Source of the DNA: an uncultured archaeon
GTDB taxonomy: Archaea > Aenigmatarchaeota > Aenigmatarchaeia > Aenigmatarchaeales > Aenigmatarchaeaceae
Length of the DNA: 49,808 nt
Reading direction: 5' to 3'
Assembly: GCA_964347265.1 (NCBI GenBank)
Contig: CAYFXV010000004.1
Coordinates: forward strand, 1-49,808
Position numbers and translations under genes: made by a program. Positions within the stretch are counted from its first letter, which is position 1. The number at the start of each line of letters is the position of its first letter. The notes under the pieces were generated by a model. That model had not been told where the DNA came from. It saw only the letters and a list, made by a program, of their open reading frames with translations, and searched no databases. This document shows positions 26,738-36,020 of this stretch, in pieces.

Positions 26738-27404
26738 AGACGTAGAAGAATTTTTAGCAAATTCTTTTTCTAGAGCAGGCTATAGTCATTCGGAAATACA
26801 AAGAACGCCATTAAGCATAAGAATCACTGTTTATGCTCATAAACCAGGAATAATAATCGGAAGAGGTGGAAAAAATATAGATACTATGATACAATCTTTA
26901 AAAGAAAGATTTGGTTTTGAAAATCCACAATTAGATGTTCAAGAAATAAAAATTCCAGACTTAGACCCCTTTATTATTTCAAAATGGATAGTATCTGCAA
27001 TTGAAAGAGGAATAAATTATAAAAGGGTTGCACATTTGGCCTTAGAAAGAGTTATGGGTGCTGGTGCTGTTGGTGTTGCAATTAGAATATCTGGAAAAAT
27101 AGGAGGCGATATGGCAAGAACAGAAAAGTTCTCTGAAGGCTATTTGAAATATTCAGGAGAGCCTGCAGAAACAGATGTTAAGACAGCTTATGCTCAAGCA
27201 AATGTCAAGTTAGGAACAATAGGAGTTCAAGTTAGAATATTAATAGAACCACCTAAAGAATTAGAAGTCTTAAAAAAGATTGAAAAACTGTCAGATGTGG
27301 TTGAAGAAGAAAAGGTAGAAGAAGAAACAAAAGAAGAACCTAAAGAAGAAAGTGAAGAAAAGGAGGTAGAAGAGGTTGGCAATAATAAAGAAAAAACAGA
27401 TTAA
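26694..27404 (+). CDS. rps3: 30S ribosomal protein S3 (uS3)
   Basis: RAGYSHSEI, KPGIIIGRGG, IRISGKIGG, KLGTIGVQVRI; acidic tail. Confidence 0.97.
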   Translation: MALEKKFVKEAIRNRDVEEFLANSFSRAGYSHSEIQRTPLSIRITVYAHKPGIIIGRGGKNIDTMIQSLKERFGFENPQLDVQEIKIPDLDPFIISKWIVSAIERGINYKRVAHLALERVMGAGAVGVAIRISGKIGGDMARTEKFSEGYLKYSGEPAETDVKTAYAQANVKLGTIGVQVRILIEPPKELEVLKKIEKLSDVVEEEKVEEETKEEPKEESEEKEVEEVGNNKEKTD

Positions 27405-27585
27405 AGAAATGACTCATGTTGATCTTATCAATAGATTAAATGAACTGAGATTGGAATTAGTAAAAGAGAAAGGACAGATTGCTATTGGAGGAAGTCCTAC
27501 TAATCCTGGAAGGATTAAAGAAACTAAAAAAACAATAGCGAGAATTTTAACTGAACTAAAAAGGAGGGGAGAAAAAACTGCCTGA
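27376..27585 (+). CDS. rpl29: 50S ribosomal protein L29 (uL29)
   Basis: RLNELRLEL, NPGRIKETKKTIARILT. Confidence 0.95.
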   Translation: MAIIKKKQIKEMTHVDLINRLNELRLELVKEKGQIAIGGSPTNPGRIKETKKTIARILTELKRRGEKTA

Positions 27586-27883
27586 AGTATGTCCGATTTG
27601 TGGCTTGCCTAAAGAGCTTTGTATTTGTAAGATCATAGCAAAAGAGGAAGCAAAGATAAAAGTTTACCTTGTAAAAAGGACCTATGGAAAGTCAGTGACT
27701 ATAATAGACGGAATCGAAGAAAAAGCGAATCCTAAGGATTTGGCAAAAAAATTAAAAACAAAACTGGCATGTGGGGGAACTTACAAAAATGGCAAGATAG
27801 AACTTAGAGGCGATCATAGAAGAAAATTAAAAAAGCTCTTAATTGATGCAGGCTTTCCAGAAGAAAAAATTGAAGTTGAATAA
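27578..27883 (+). CDS. sui1: Translation initiation factor aIF1 (SUI1), probable CTG start
   Basis: (M)PEVCPICGLPKELCIC, KLKTKLACGGT, IELRGDHR; in-frame TAA at 27557; GGAGG SD at 27563. Confidence 0.9.
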   Translation: MPEVCPICGLPKELCICKIIAKEEAKIKVYLVKRTYGKSVTIIDGIEEKANPKDLAKKLKTKLACGGTYKNGKIELRGDHRRKLKKLLIDAGFPEEKIEVE

Positions 27884-27884
27884 A

Positions 27885-28163
27885 ATGATCACAGCAAAGA
27901 ACTTGATTAGACATGAATTAATAGGCTTGAAAGTAGAGATTGAAAAAAGCTTTAATAAATCCCATAATGGAATAAAAGGTTCAGTTGTTGATGAAACAAA
28001 AAACCTTTTAATAATAGAAACTGGGAAAAAGATAAAAAAAATTCAGAAAAGAGGAACAAGCTTCATATTTACAATTCCAAATGGCAAAAAAGTTAAGGTT
28101 GATGGAACAGTAATCACAAAGAGGCCCGAGGATAGAATAAAATTAAAGGTGAAAAAATGGTGA
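27885..28163 (+). CDS. rnp1: RNase P protein subunit Rnp1 (Pop4/Rpp29)
   Basis: NLIRHELIGLKV, GSVVDETKNLL, KVDGTVITKRPEDR. Confidence 0.95.
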   Translation: MITAKNLIRHELIGLKVEIEKSFNKSHNGIKGSVVDETKNLLIIETGKKIKKIQKRGTSFIFTIPNGKKVKVDGTVITKRPEDRIKLKVKKW

Positions 28164-28498
28164 AACAAAAAACCAGAAACATAGGCTTAGATGTTAAATC
28201 ACCTAAAAAGACATGTAAAGATATTAAATGTCCATTTCATGGAAGACTTTCAATAAGAGGTAGAGTTTTTGTTGGAAGAGTTGTTAGTGATAAAGCATCA
28301 AAAACTGTAATTGTTAGGTGGGATTACCATCGTTACAATCCTAAATATGAGAGATATGAAAGAAGACATGGTAAGGTTGCAGCTTATAGTCCTGAATGCA
28401 TGAATGCCAAAGAAGGTGATATTGTTAAAATTGCTGAGTGCAGACCATTATCCAAAACTAAAAAATTTGTTGTTATTGAGAAGGTGGAGAAAAAATGA
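28157..28498 (+). CDS. rps17: 30S ribosomal protein S17 (uS17)
   Basis: CKDIKCPFHG, KYERYERR, IAECRPLSKTKKFVV. Confidence 0.97.
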   Translation: MVKQKTRNIGLDVKSPKKTCKDIKCPFHGRLSIRGRVFVGRVVSDKASKTVIVRWDYHRYNPKYERYERRHGKVAAYSPECMNAKEGDIVKIAECRPLSKTKKFVVIEKVEKK

Positions 28499-28893
28499 AA
28501 CCAATATCAGCAAAGGTAACAAAAGGCTTGCAAGTAGGAAGTTATATTAAATGTGTAGATAATTCAGGAGCAACATCCCTTCAAATAGTAGCTGTCAAAG
28601 GTTATAAAGGAGTAAAGAGTAGAATTCCGGGTTGTGGAGTTGCAAGTTGGATTATTTGTTCTGTAAAAGAGGGTGAACCAAAAATAAAACATGAAGTTGT
28701 TAATGCAGTTATAGTTAGACAAAAAAAAGAATACAGAAGAAAAAACGGAATGAGAGTTAAATTTGAAGATAATGCTGCTGTTTTAATTAGCGAAAAAGGT
28801 GAACCAAGAGGAACTAAAATTAAAGGACCGATCGCAAAGGAAGTTGTTGAAAGATTTTCAATGATTGGTAAAATTGCTACTATGGTGTTATAA
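28495..28893 (+). CDS. rpl14: 50S ribosomal protein L14 (uL14)
   Basis: CVDNSGA, AVIVRQKKEYRR, RVKFEDNAAV, IKGPIAKE. Confidence 0.97.
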   Translation: MKPISAKVTKGLQVGSYIKCVDNSGATSLQIVAVKGYKGVKSRIPGCGVASWIICSVKEGEPKIKHEVVNAVIVRQKKEYRRKNGMRVKFEDNAAVLISEKGEPRGTKIKGPIAKEVVERFSMIGKIATMVL

Positions 28894-29291
28894 TGAGATC
28901 AAAAAAACCAAGAAAACAAAGAAAAGCATTGTATAACGCACCTTTACATAAGAAACATAAATTATTCTCTGCTCATTTGTCAAAAGATTTGAGAAAGAGA
29001 TGGAGAAAAAGATCATTACCAGTTAGAAAAGATGATGAAGTAAAAGTTATGAAAGGAAAATTTAAAGGAACCATAGGAAAAATAACAAAAGTTGATTTAA
29101 AAAAACTAAAAATTTATATTGAAAAAGTTAAAAGAAGAAAAGTTTCAGGAGAAGAAGTTCATGTTTCAATACATCCTTCAAATCTGTTAATATTAAATCC
29201 TGCTATGGATGATAAAAAAAGATTAAAAATAATTAATAGATCTAAAAAAGGTGAAAAAGTTGGCAAAGTTAAAAAGACTAGCAGCTCCTAA
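28893..29291 (+). CDS. rpl24: 50S ribosomal protein L24 (uL24)
   Basis: SKKPRKQRKALYNAP, LPVRKDDEVKVMKG, IHPSNLLI. Confidence 0.96.
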   Translation: MRSKKPRKQRKALYNAPLHKKHKLFSAHLSKDLRKRWRKRSLPVRKDDEVKVMKGKFKGTIGKITKVDLKKLKIYIEKVKRRKVSGEEVHVSIHPSNLLILNPAMDDKKRLKIINRSKKGEKVGKVKKTSSS

Positions 29292-29928
29292 ATGGTGGCC
29301 AATTGAAAGAAAAACAAAGAAATTTACAGTTGTGTCTAGAGGTCCACATCCAAAAGACCTTTCTTTACCTTTACTTATTTTAATAAGGGATGTTTTTAAG
29401 CTTGCTGAAACAGGAAAAGAATCTAAGTCAATAATTAAAAAAGGTGAAATTCTTGTAGACAATAGAAAAGTAAAAGATCCGAAATTTGGAGTTGGAATTT
29501 TTGATGTTATTGAAATTCCAGCTTTAAAAAAAGCATGGAGAGCCATACCAAAAAATGGTTTAACTTTTATTGAAATACCAAAAAAAGATAAAAAATTAAA
29601 AATTTGTAAGATAATTGATAAAAAAACTTTGAAAGGAAATAAAACACAATTGAATATGAACGATGGTAGAAACATCTTAACAAATAAAAAATATTCTACT
29701 CAAGATTCTTTATTAATTGAATTACCAGAACAAAAAATAATTGAACATATAAAATTTGAGGAAGGCTCAATTGCAATGGTTTTAAGAGGCAAGAATGCTG
29801 GTATAATTGCTAAAATAAAAGAAATAGAAAAAAATAGAGTTTGGTTAGGTGAAGAAAAAACTTTTGAAGTTCCTAAAAGACTGTTAATCGTAGTTGGTAA
29901 AGATAAGATCATGATAAAGTTAGAGTGA
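29260..29928 (+). CDS. rps4e: 30S ribosomal protein S4e (eS4)
   Basis: LKRLAAPKWW, RGPHPK, KFGVGIFDVI, QLNMNDGRN; TTG 29260 follows GGTGA SD. Confidence 0.95.
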   Translation: MAKLKRLAAPKWWPIERKTKKFTVVSRGPHPKDLSLPLLILIRDVFKLAETGKESKSIIKKGEILVDNRKVKDPKFGVGIFDVIEIPALKKAWRAIPKNGLTFIEIPKKDKKLKICKIIDKKTLKGNKTQLNMNDGRNILTNKKYSTQDSLLIELPEQKIIEHIKFEEGSIAMVLRGKNAGIIAKIKEIEKNRVWLGEEKTFEVPKRLLIVVGKDKIMIKLE

Positions 29929-29932
29929 TTAA

Positions 29933-30337
29933 ATGGATAGTAGGATTAGAATCGGTAGTGCAGTAGTTTTAGAGAATGGTGAAGGAGAGATATTATTAAC
30001 TAAAAGAAAATACTCACCTGAAAAAGGAAAATGGGTCCTTCCAGGTGGTGGAATAAATTTTGGTGAAACTTTTAAAGAAACTGCTGAAAGAGAATTAAAA
30101 GAAGAAACAGGTCTTCGCATATCTATTGGAGATCGTATTGGCGTATACGAGCTTATTAAACCAAAAACAGGTCTTCATAGAGTTATAGCTTATCATAGAG
30201 CTACATTAGTAGACGGAACTTTGAAAGTAGCAGATGATGCTGATGACGGAATGTGGATAAAACCTGAAAAAATTAGTTCTGTGGAAAATCTTGGTGATCT
30301 GGTTACTAAAGTTTTAAAAAATGGTGATTATATATGA
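29933..30337 (+). CDS. NUDIX hydrolase inserted in spc operon
   Basis: Nudix box WVLPGGGINFGETFKETAERELKEETG. Confidence 0.92.
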   Translation: MDSRIRIGSAVVLENGEGEILLTKRKYSPEKGKWVLPGGGINFGETFKETAERELKEETGLRISIGDRIGVYELIKPKTGLHRVIAYHRATLVDGTLKVADDADDGMWIKPEKISSVENLGDLVTKVLKNGDYI

Positions 30338-30834
30338 ATCCTATGAGAAAAATTCAAATAGAAAAAATAACAATAAATATTGGTTGTGGTGAAGCAGGAG
30401 AAACTCTTGAAAAAGCTAAAGCACTATTAGAAAATCTAACCGCTAAAAAGGTTGTTATAACAAAGACTCATAAAAGAACAACTTTTGGAACTGCTGGAGG
30501 AAGACCAATTGGCTGTAAAGTTACTTTAAGAGGAAAAGACGCAGAAGAATTTTTAAAAAAGGCACTTGATGCAGTAGATAATAAACTTTCAAAAATTGTT
30601 TTTGATGTTCAAGGAAACTTTTCTTTTGGTATAAGAGAACATATTGATATTCTTGGAGTGAGATATGATCCTGAAATTGGTATTTTTGGTATGGATGTTT
30701 GCGTAACTTTGGAAAGACCGGGATTTAGAGTTAAAAGAAGGAAAGTATCAAGCAAAATAGGTAAAAAACATTTAATAAAACCTGAAGAAGCTATGGAATG
30801 GATTGCTAAAAATTATGGAGTTGAAATTATATGA
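30334..30834 (+). CDS. rpl5: 50S ribosomal protein L5 (uL5)
   Basis: NPMRKIQIEKITINIG, IGCKVTLRG, GNFSFGI, YDPEIGIFGMDV. Confidence 0.97.
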   Translation: MNPMRKIQIEKITINIGCGEAGETLEKAKALLENLTAKKVVITKTHKRTTFGTAGGRPIGCKVTLRGKDAEEFLKKALDAVDNKLSKIVFDVQGNFSFGIREHIDILGVRYDPEIGIFGMDVCVTLERPGFRVKRRKVSSKIGKKHLIKPEEAMEWIAKNYGVEII

Positions 30835-31196
30835 GAATATTTACTATGATAATTTTAGGTTTGATGTTAATTTTTTTGGCAGTAGTATTTTTTGTTCAGG
30901 AATCTTATGTTCCAACTGAAAAAAACCAATATAAATATTCACCAACAGAATTCATAGAACCTATTGAAAGATTTTTAAAATGTTTTGAAGATAGCGATTG
31001 TATAAAGGTCAGAGGTTCAGTTTGTCCTCCAAGTTCAGGAGGAACCGAAGTATGTGTTGATAAAGATTTTTTTCAAGAATATCTTTCAGAAATAGAAAAA
31101 AAAGCTGGAAGAGAGAATGAAATTGAATGTCCAGAAATATATTTGGTAAGTAATAAAACTTGTAGTTGTATTGAAAATACATGTGTTTTAATGTGA
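30831..31196 (+). CDS. Membrane-anchored Cys-rich protein inserted between rpl5 and rps14
   Basis: N-terminal TM; CFEDSDC...C...GG...C...C...CSC...C; ATGA overlap with rpl5. Confidence 0.75.
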   Translation: MRIFTMIILGLMLIFLAVVFFVQESYVPTEKNQYKYSPTEFIEPIERFLKCFEDSDCIKVRGSVCPPSSGGTEVCVDKDFFQEYLSEIEKKAGRENEIECPEIYLVSNKTCSCIENTCVLM

Positions 31197-31200
31197 TGTT

Positions 31201-31359
31201 ATGAAAACAGAAAGAAAAGAAAGAAAATTTGGAAGAGGAAGTAGAACTTGTAGACGTTGTGGTAGAAAAGGTGCTATAATCAGAAAATATGGTTTATATT
31301 ATTGTAGACAATGTTTTAGAGAAATAGCTAAAAAATTAGGATTTAAAAAATATTCGTGA
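31201..31359 (+). CDS. rps14: 30S ribosomal protein S14 (uS14, Zn-binding), not in ORF track
   Basis: [13 protein letters not shown]...[26 protein letters not shown]. Confidence 0.97.
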   Translation: MKTERKERKFGRGSRTCRRCGRKGAIIRKYGLYYCRQCFREIAKKLGFKKYS

Positions 31360-31364
31360 TATTT

Positions 31365-31751
31365 ATGAAACATGATTTGTTATCAGATGTTTTATCTGCA
31401 ATAAAAAATGGTGATAAGTCTGGAAAAAGAGAGACAGTTACTTCTTTTTCTAGATTAGTTAAGGACGTTTTGTTAATATTACAAAAACACAATTTCATAG
31501 GAGATTTTGAATACATAGACGATAAAAGAGGGGGTAAAATTAGAATACAACTTTTAGGAAAAGTTAATGATTGTAATTCGATCAAACCTAGATTTTATGT
31601 TAAAAAAGATGAATATGAGAAATGGGAAAAAAGATTTTTGCCAGCTGTTGGTTTTGGTCTACTTATAGTTTCCACACCTCAAGGAATAATAACACATGAT
31701 ATTGCAAAGAAAAAAAATATTGGAGGAACACTCTTAGTTTATGTTTATTAG
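31365..31751 (+). CDS. rps8: 30S ribosomal protein S8 (uS8)
   Basis: DLLSDVLSAIKN, IKPRFYVK, IVSTPQGIITH, GGTLLVYVY. Confidence 0.96.
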   Translation: MKHDLLSDVLSAIKNGDKSGKRETVTSFSRLVKDVLLILQKHNFIGDFEYIDDKRGGKIRIQLLGKVNDCNSIKPRFYVKKDEYEKWEKRFLPAVGFGLLIVSTPQGIITHDIAKKKNIGGTLLVYVY

Positions 31752-31759
31752 TGGTAAAT

Positions 31760-32284
31760 ATGGAGAGAATAGTTGAAATTCCAGAAGGAATACAAATAGA
31801 ATTGGATAATTTTAAAGTTAAGGTCACTGGATCTAAAGGAACTTTAGAAAAAGATTTTAATAGTCCTTTATTTAGAAAAGATATAACAATCAAGAAAACC
31901 GATAATAAAATTTTAATATCTTCAGAATCTAAACGAAAAAAAGTTAAAGCAATGTTAGGAGCAATCAAAGCCCATATTCTTAACATGATTAGAGGAGTTA
32001 CAGAAGGATACACAACAAAATTAAAAATAGTTTACATGCATTTTCCATTTACAGTTAAAATTTCAGGTAAAGAACTTTCGGTAAACAATTTCTTAGGTGA
32101 GAAAACCCCTAGAAAAACTAAGATTATTGGTGATTGTAAAGTTGACGTTAAAGGCGATGAAATAACTGTAACTGGAATAAACAAAGAAGATGTTGGTCAG
32201 ACTGCAGCAAATTTAGAAAGAACAACGTGGATAAGGTCAAGAGATAGAAGAGTTTTCCAAGATGGGATTTTTAGGTTAAAGTGA
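31760..32284 (+). CDS. rpl6: 50S ribosomal protein L6 (uL6)
   Basis: NMIRGVTEGY, YMHFPFTV, NFLGEK, RDRRVFQDGIF. Confidence 0.96.
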   Translation: MERIVEIPEGIQIELDNFKVKVTGSKGTLEKDFNSPLFRKDITIKKTDNKILISSESKRKKVKAMLGAIKAHILNMIRGVTEGYTTKLKIVYMHFPFTVKISGKELSVNNFLGEKTPRKTKIIGDCKVDVKGDEITVTGINKEDVGQTAANLERTTWIRSRDRRVFQDGIFRLK

Positions 32285-32288
32285 TTTT

Positions 32289-32702
32289 ATGAAAAAATTA
32301 AAATTGAGAGTTAAAAGAAAGAGAAAAAAACCAGAATTTATAAGACAAAGTGGAAGAAACTTAAAAAGATTAGGAAAAAAATGGAGAAGACCTCGTGGTA
32401 GTCAATCAAAACTTAGACAACATAAAAAAGCCAGAGGGTTTATTCCACATCCAGGTTATGGCTCTCCTAAATCTGTTAAAGGTTTACATCCTTCTGGATT
32501 TGAAGAGGTGTTGGTTTTTAATGTAAAAAATTTAGAAAAAATTAATCCAGAAAAACAAGCATGTAGAATTGCTTCAGCTGTTGGAATGAAGAAAAGACTT
32601 AAGATTATGGAAAAGACCAAAGAATTAAAAATAAAAGTTTTAAATCCATTAAGAATTGAAATTAAAAAAATTGAACCCCCAAAAGAAGGTGAGAAAAAAT
32701 GA
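32289..32702 (+). CDS. rpl32e: 50S ribosomal protein L32e
   Basis: KPEFIRQ, KWRRPRGSQSK, GYGSPKSVKGLHPSGFEEVLV. Confidence 0.96.
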   Translation: MKKLKLRVKRKRKKPEFIRQSGRNLKRLGKKWRRPRGSQSKLRQHKKARGFIPHPGYGSPKSVKGLHPSGFEEVLVFNVKNLEKINPEKQACRIASAVGMKKRLKIMEKTKELKIKVLNPLRIEIKKIEPPKEGEKK

Positions 32703-33322
32703 AAATAAAGTTTTTAGGTCACTCAGCATTTTTGATTGATGATTTACTTACTGATCCGTTTATTAAAAACAATCCTATTTGTCCAATTAAAGTTGAAGAC
32801 ATAAAATGTAAAATAATTTGTGTAACCCATGATCATCATGACCATTTAGGAGATGCCTTTGAAATAGCAAAAAATAATGATGCAACCATAGTTGGAATTT
32901 ACGACATGGTTAAAGAAGCTGATGAAAAAGGTTTGAAAACAGAACTTATGAATATAGGAGGACCAATAAAGGTTGAAAATTGGGAAATAAGACTTGTTCC
33001 AGCTACCCATTCAGGAAATCCTATTGGTTTTGTTTTGAAAAAAGATAATAAAACAATCTATCATGCTGGAGATACTGGGTTGTTCATGGACATGATGTTG
33101 ATAGGAGAATATAATATTGATGTTGCTTTGCTTCCTATTGGCGGAAGATATACGATGGATATTGAACAAGCCGTTGAAGCTTGTAAAATGTTAAAATGTA
33201 AAAAAGTGATACCAATGCACTATAACACTTGGAATACGATAGAAGCAAACCCTGAAGGATTTAAGAAAAAAGCTCCTTGCGATGTTATAATTTTAAAATC
33301 AGGAGAAACTTTTGAGGTATGA
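32699..33322 (+). CDS. Metallo-beta-lactamase-fold hydrolase (UPF0173-like) inserted in spc operon
   Basis: FLGHSAF, THDHHDHLGD, YHAGDTG, VIPMHYNT. Confidence 0.92.
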   Translation: MKIKFLGHSAFLIDDLLTDPFIKNNPICPIKVEDIKCKIICVTHDHHDHLGDAFEIAKNNDATIVGIYDMVKEADEKGLKTELMNIGGPIKVENWEIRLVPATHSGNPIGFVLKKDNKTIYHAGDTGLFMDMMLIGEYNIDVALLPIGGRYTMDIEQAVEACKMLKCKKVIPMHYNTWNTIEANPEGFKKKAPCDVIILKSGETFEV

Positions 33323-33324
33323 TT

Positions 33325-33486
33325 ATGTATTTAATTGGAAAAAGAAGATGTCCATCCTGTGGAGTAAAAGGACAGCGTTGGAAAGAAAATCCAGATGTTT
33401 TAATTTGTCCTAGTTGTCAGACTTTTTTCAATGAGTTCGGTGTTATTTTGGAATCAGAAATTGAAAGAGATGATGTGATTACATGA
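33325..33486 (+). CDS. 53-aa zinc-ribbon protein, not in ORF track
   Basis: MYLIGKRRCPSCGVKGQRWKENPDVLICPSCQTFFNEFGVILESEIERDDVIT; ATGA overlap with rpl19e. Confidence 0.78.
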   Translation: MYLIGKRRCPSCGVKGQRWKENPDVLICPSCQTFFNEFGVILESEIERDDVIT

Positions 33487-33908
33487 ATTTGCAAAGAAAA
33501 CTTGCAGCAAAAGTATTGAACTGCGGTACTGAAAAGGTTTGGATAGATCCAAAAAATGAAAAAGTAAGGCAAGCAATGACAAGAAGAGACATAAGAAGAT
33601 TTATTAAAGAAGGTATTATAAAAAAACTTCCTGATAAGAAAAAAACAAAAAGAAAAACAAAAAAAAGACAACAAAAAATTGGAAGTAGAAAAGGTTCAAG
33701 AGGAGCAAGACTGGGTAAAAAAACCAGTTGGTTAAGAATCGTGAGGCCTCAGAGAAGATTATTAAAAGAATTAAAAGAAAAAGGACAATTAAAACCTCTT
33801 GCTTACAGGAAAATTTACAAAATGATAAAAGGTAGTGCATTTAGAAGTAAAGCACATTTGATGTCTTATCTAAAGGATAAAGAACTTTTAAAAGAGGAGA
33901 AAAAATGA
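33483..33908 (+). CDS. rpl19e: 50S ribosomal protein L19e
   Basis: LQRKLAAKVL, KVWIDP, GSRKGSRGAR, YRKIYKMIKGSAFRS. Confidence 0.96.
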   Translation: MNLQRKLAAKVLNCGTEKVWIDPKNEKVRQAMTRRDIRRFIKEGIIKKLPDKKKTKRKTKKRQQKIGSRKGSRGARLGKKTSWLRIVRPQRRLLKELKEKGQLKPLAYRKIYKMIKGSAFRSKAHLMSYLKDKELLKEEKK

Positions 33909-34393
33909 AAAGATTACATTTAATGCAATTTAAGAGAAGAAGAGAAAAGAGAACAAATTATAAGAAAAGATTAGCCTTGTTAAAATCTGGAAAAACTAGA
34001 CTTGTTGTAAGAAAAAGTCTATCTAATATTTCTGTCCAATTTATTAATTTTAAAAATAAAAATGATGAAACAATTGCTTCTGCAAATTCAACTGAATTAA
34101 AAAAATTAGGTTGGAATAAGACCGGAAATGTTCCTGCTGCATATTTAACAGGTTTATTAGCAGGCAAAAAAGCAAGAAATAAAAAAATAGAAGAAGCAGT
34201 TTTAGATTTAGGAGTACAAACTTCAACAAAAGGTTCAAGACTTTATGCAGCACTAAAAGGAGTTTTAGATTCAGGGATAAAAGTTTCCCACTCTGAAGAA
34301 ATTTTACCTGCTGAAGACAGGATTAGAGGAAAACATATTTCAGGAGATATTGAAAGACAGTTCGAAGATATAAAAAATAAAATAGTTGGTTAA
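33905..34393 (+). CDS. rpl18: 50S ribosomal protein L18 (uL18)
   Basis: RRREKRTNYKKRLALLKS, GNVPAAYLTGLL, IRGKHI. Confidence 0.96.
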   Translation: MKRLHLMQFKRRREKRTNYKKRLALLKSGKTRLVVRKSLSNISVQFINFKNKNDETIASANSTELKKLGWNKTGNVPAAYLTGLLAGKKARNKKIEEAVLDLGVQTSTKGSRLYAALKGVLDSGIKVSHSEEILPAEDRIRGKHISGDIERQFEDIKNKIVG

Positions 34394-34394
34394 T

Positions 34395-35180
34395 ATGCCG
34401 AGAGAACCGAAAAAACAAGAAGTTGAAAAAGAAGAAAACATAGAAAAAGCAGAAGAAATAGTAGAAGAGAAATCTAAAGTTGTGGTTCCCGAAGGCTGGG
34501 AACCTAAAACAATGTTAGGGAAAAAAGTTTTTTCAGGAGAAATATCAGATATAGCAGAAGTTTTTGCCAAAGGAATTAAGATTGCTGAACCTCCAATAGC
34601 AGATGTTTTGCTACCTAATCTTGAGAGGGAAATAATTCTTATTGGCGGATCTACTGGAAAAGGTGGAGGAATAAGAAGAACTCCTTTCAAAAGAACTTCA
34701 AGAATGCATAAAAGTGGTAGACGCTATAGTATATCCACAATGGTAGTTGTTGGTAATAAAAATGGTTATGTTGGTTTAGGTTTGGCTTCTGGTCCGCCAG
34801 GAAAACATCAAGAAGTTATTGAAAAAGCTACAAACAAAGCTAAATTAAATATTATTCCTGTAAAAAGAGGTTGTGGTTCTTGGGAATGTTCATGTGGAGC
34901 AAACCATTCTATTCCTTTTTCTGTAAAGGGTAAGGTTGGTTCTATTATAGTTGAGCTTTTACCAGCTCCCAAAGGTATTGGTTTATGCGTTTCTGATGAA
35001 GTTAAAAAATTAATGAGATTGGCAGGTATAAGTGATATATGGTGTAAAACTAGAGGAAGTACTCATATGAGAGTTAATTTAATTAAAGCTACTTTTAATG
35101 CTCTTAATAAATTAAATACTTACAAAACAAAGTCAGAATTTGAAAAAGAAGTTGGTATGACAATTGGAAAGGTGGAATAA
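34395..35180 (+). CDS. rps5: 30S ribosomal protein S5 (uS5)
   Basis: WEPKTMLG, RMHKSGRR, RGCGSWEC, LLPAPKGIGL, NLIKATFNAL. Confidence 0.97.
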   Translation: MPREPKKQEVEKEENIEKAEEIVEEKSKVVVPEGWEPKTMLGKKVFSGEISDIAEVFAKGIKIAEPPIADVLLPNLEREIILIGGSTGKGGGIRRTPFKRTSRMHKSGRRYSISTMVVVGNKNGYVGLGLASGPPGKHQEVIEKATNKAKLNIIPVKRGCGSWECSCGANHSIPFSVKGKVGSIIVELLPAPKGIGLCVSDEVKKLMRLAGISDIWCKTRGSTHMRVNLIKATFNALNKLNTYKTKSEFEKEVGMTIGKVE

Positions 35181-35181
35181 C

Positions 35182-35607
35182 ATGTATGCTGTTATCAGAT
35201 TAAAGGGTTTGGTCAAGATAAGAAAAGATATTAAGGACACATTTAAAATGCTTAGACTTAATAGGAAAATGCATTGTGTTCTGTTAAAAGAAGATGATGT
35301 TGTAAAAGGTATGCTACAAAAAGTTAAAGATTGGTCAACATGGGGAGAAATTAATGATGATATATTAAAATTTTTAGTTGAGAAAAGAGGAAGGAAATCA
35401 GGCAATAAAAGATTAACAAAAGAAGAGGTTCAAGATGTTTTTAATAAAATAAAAGAAAATCAAAAAATTCCTAAAGAAATAAAATCTGTTTTTAGATTAA
35501 CTCCTCCATCTAAAGGATTCAAAAATTCCATAAAACAACATTATCCGAAAGGTGAATTAGGATACAGAGGAAAAGAAATTAATGAATTGTTAAAGAGGAT
35601 GATTTGA
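35182..35607 (+). CDS. rpl30: 50S ribosomal protein L30 (uL30)
   Basis: MYAVIRLKG, MLRLNRK, VKDWSTWGEI, FRLTPPSKGF, GELGYRG. Confidence 0.96.
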   Translation: MYAVIRLKGLVKIRKDIKDTFKMLRLNRKMHCVLLKEDDVVKGMLQKVKDWSTWGEINDDILKFLVEKRGRKSGNKRLTKEEVQDVFNKIKENQKIPKEIKSVFRLTPPSKGFKNSIKQHYPKGELGYRGKEINELLKRMI

Positions 35608-36020
35608 TGGTTGTTCATAGAAGAAAAAAGATTACAAAAAGAAGGGGAAAAAGAACATATGGTTGTGGTAGTCATAAAAAGAAAAGAGGAGGAGGTTCAA
35701 GAGGCGGAAGAGGAAAAGCAGGAAGAAAGAAACATAAAAAATCATGGGTTATGAGGTATCAACCTGATTATTATGGAAAAAGAGGATTTAAGATTCCTCC
35801 AAAAGCAAAAAAAGAAATAAAGGCAATAACTCTAAGAGATATCGATGTTCTTGCTAAAAAATTAAATAAAACTGAAATCAATCTTTCTGAACTAGGTTAT
35901 GATAAAGTTATTTCAACTGGAAATTTAACTCAACCATTAACAATTAAAGCTAAAAAGTTTGTTGAAAAAGCAAAACAAAAAATTGAAGGTGCAGGTGGAA
36001 AGGCGATAGAAAATGTTTAA
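35607..36020 (+). CDS. rpl15: 50S ribosomal protein L15 (uL15)
   Basis: RGKRTYGCG, RGGRGKAG, YGKRGF, KAKQKIEGAGG. Confidence 0.96.
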   Translation: MVVHRRKKITKRRGKRTYGCGSHKKKRGGGSRGGRGKAGRKKHKKSWVMRYQPDYYGKRGFKIPPKAKKEIKAITLRDIDVLAKKLNKTEINLSELGYDKVISTGNLTQPLTIKAKKFVEKAKQKIEGAGGKAIENV

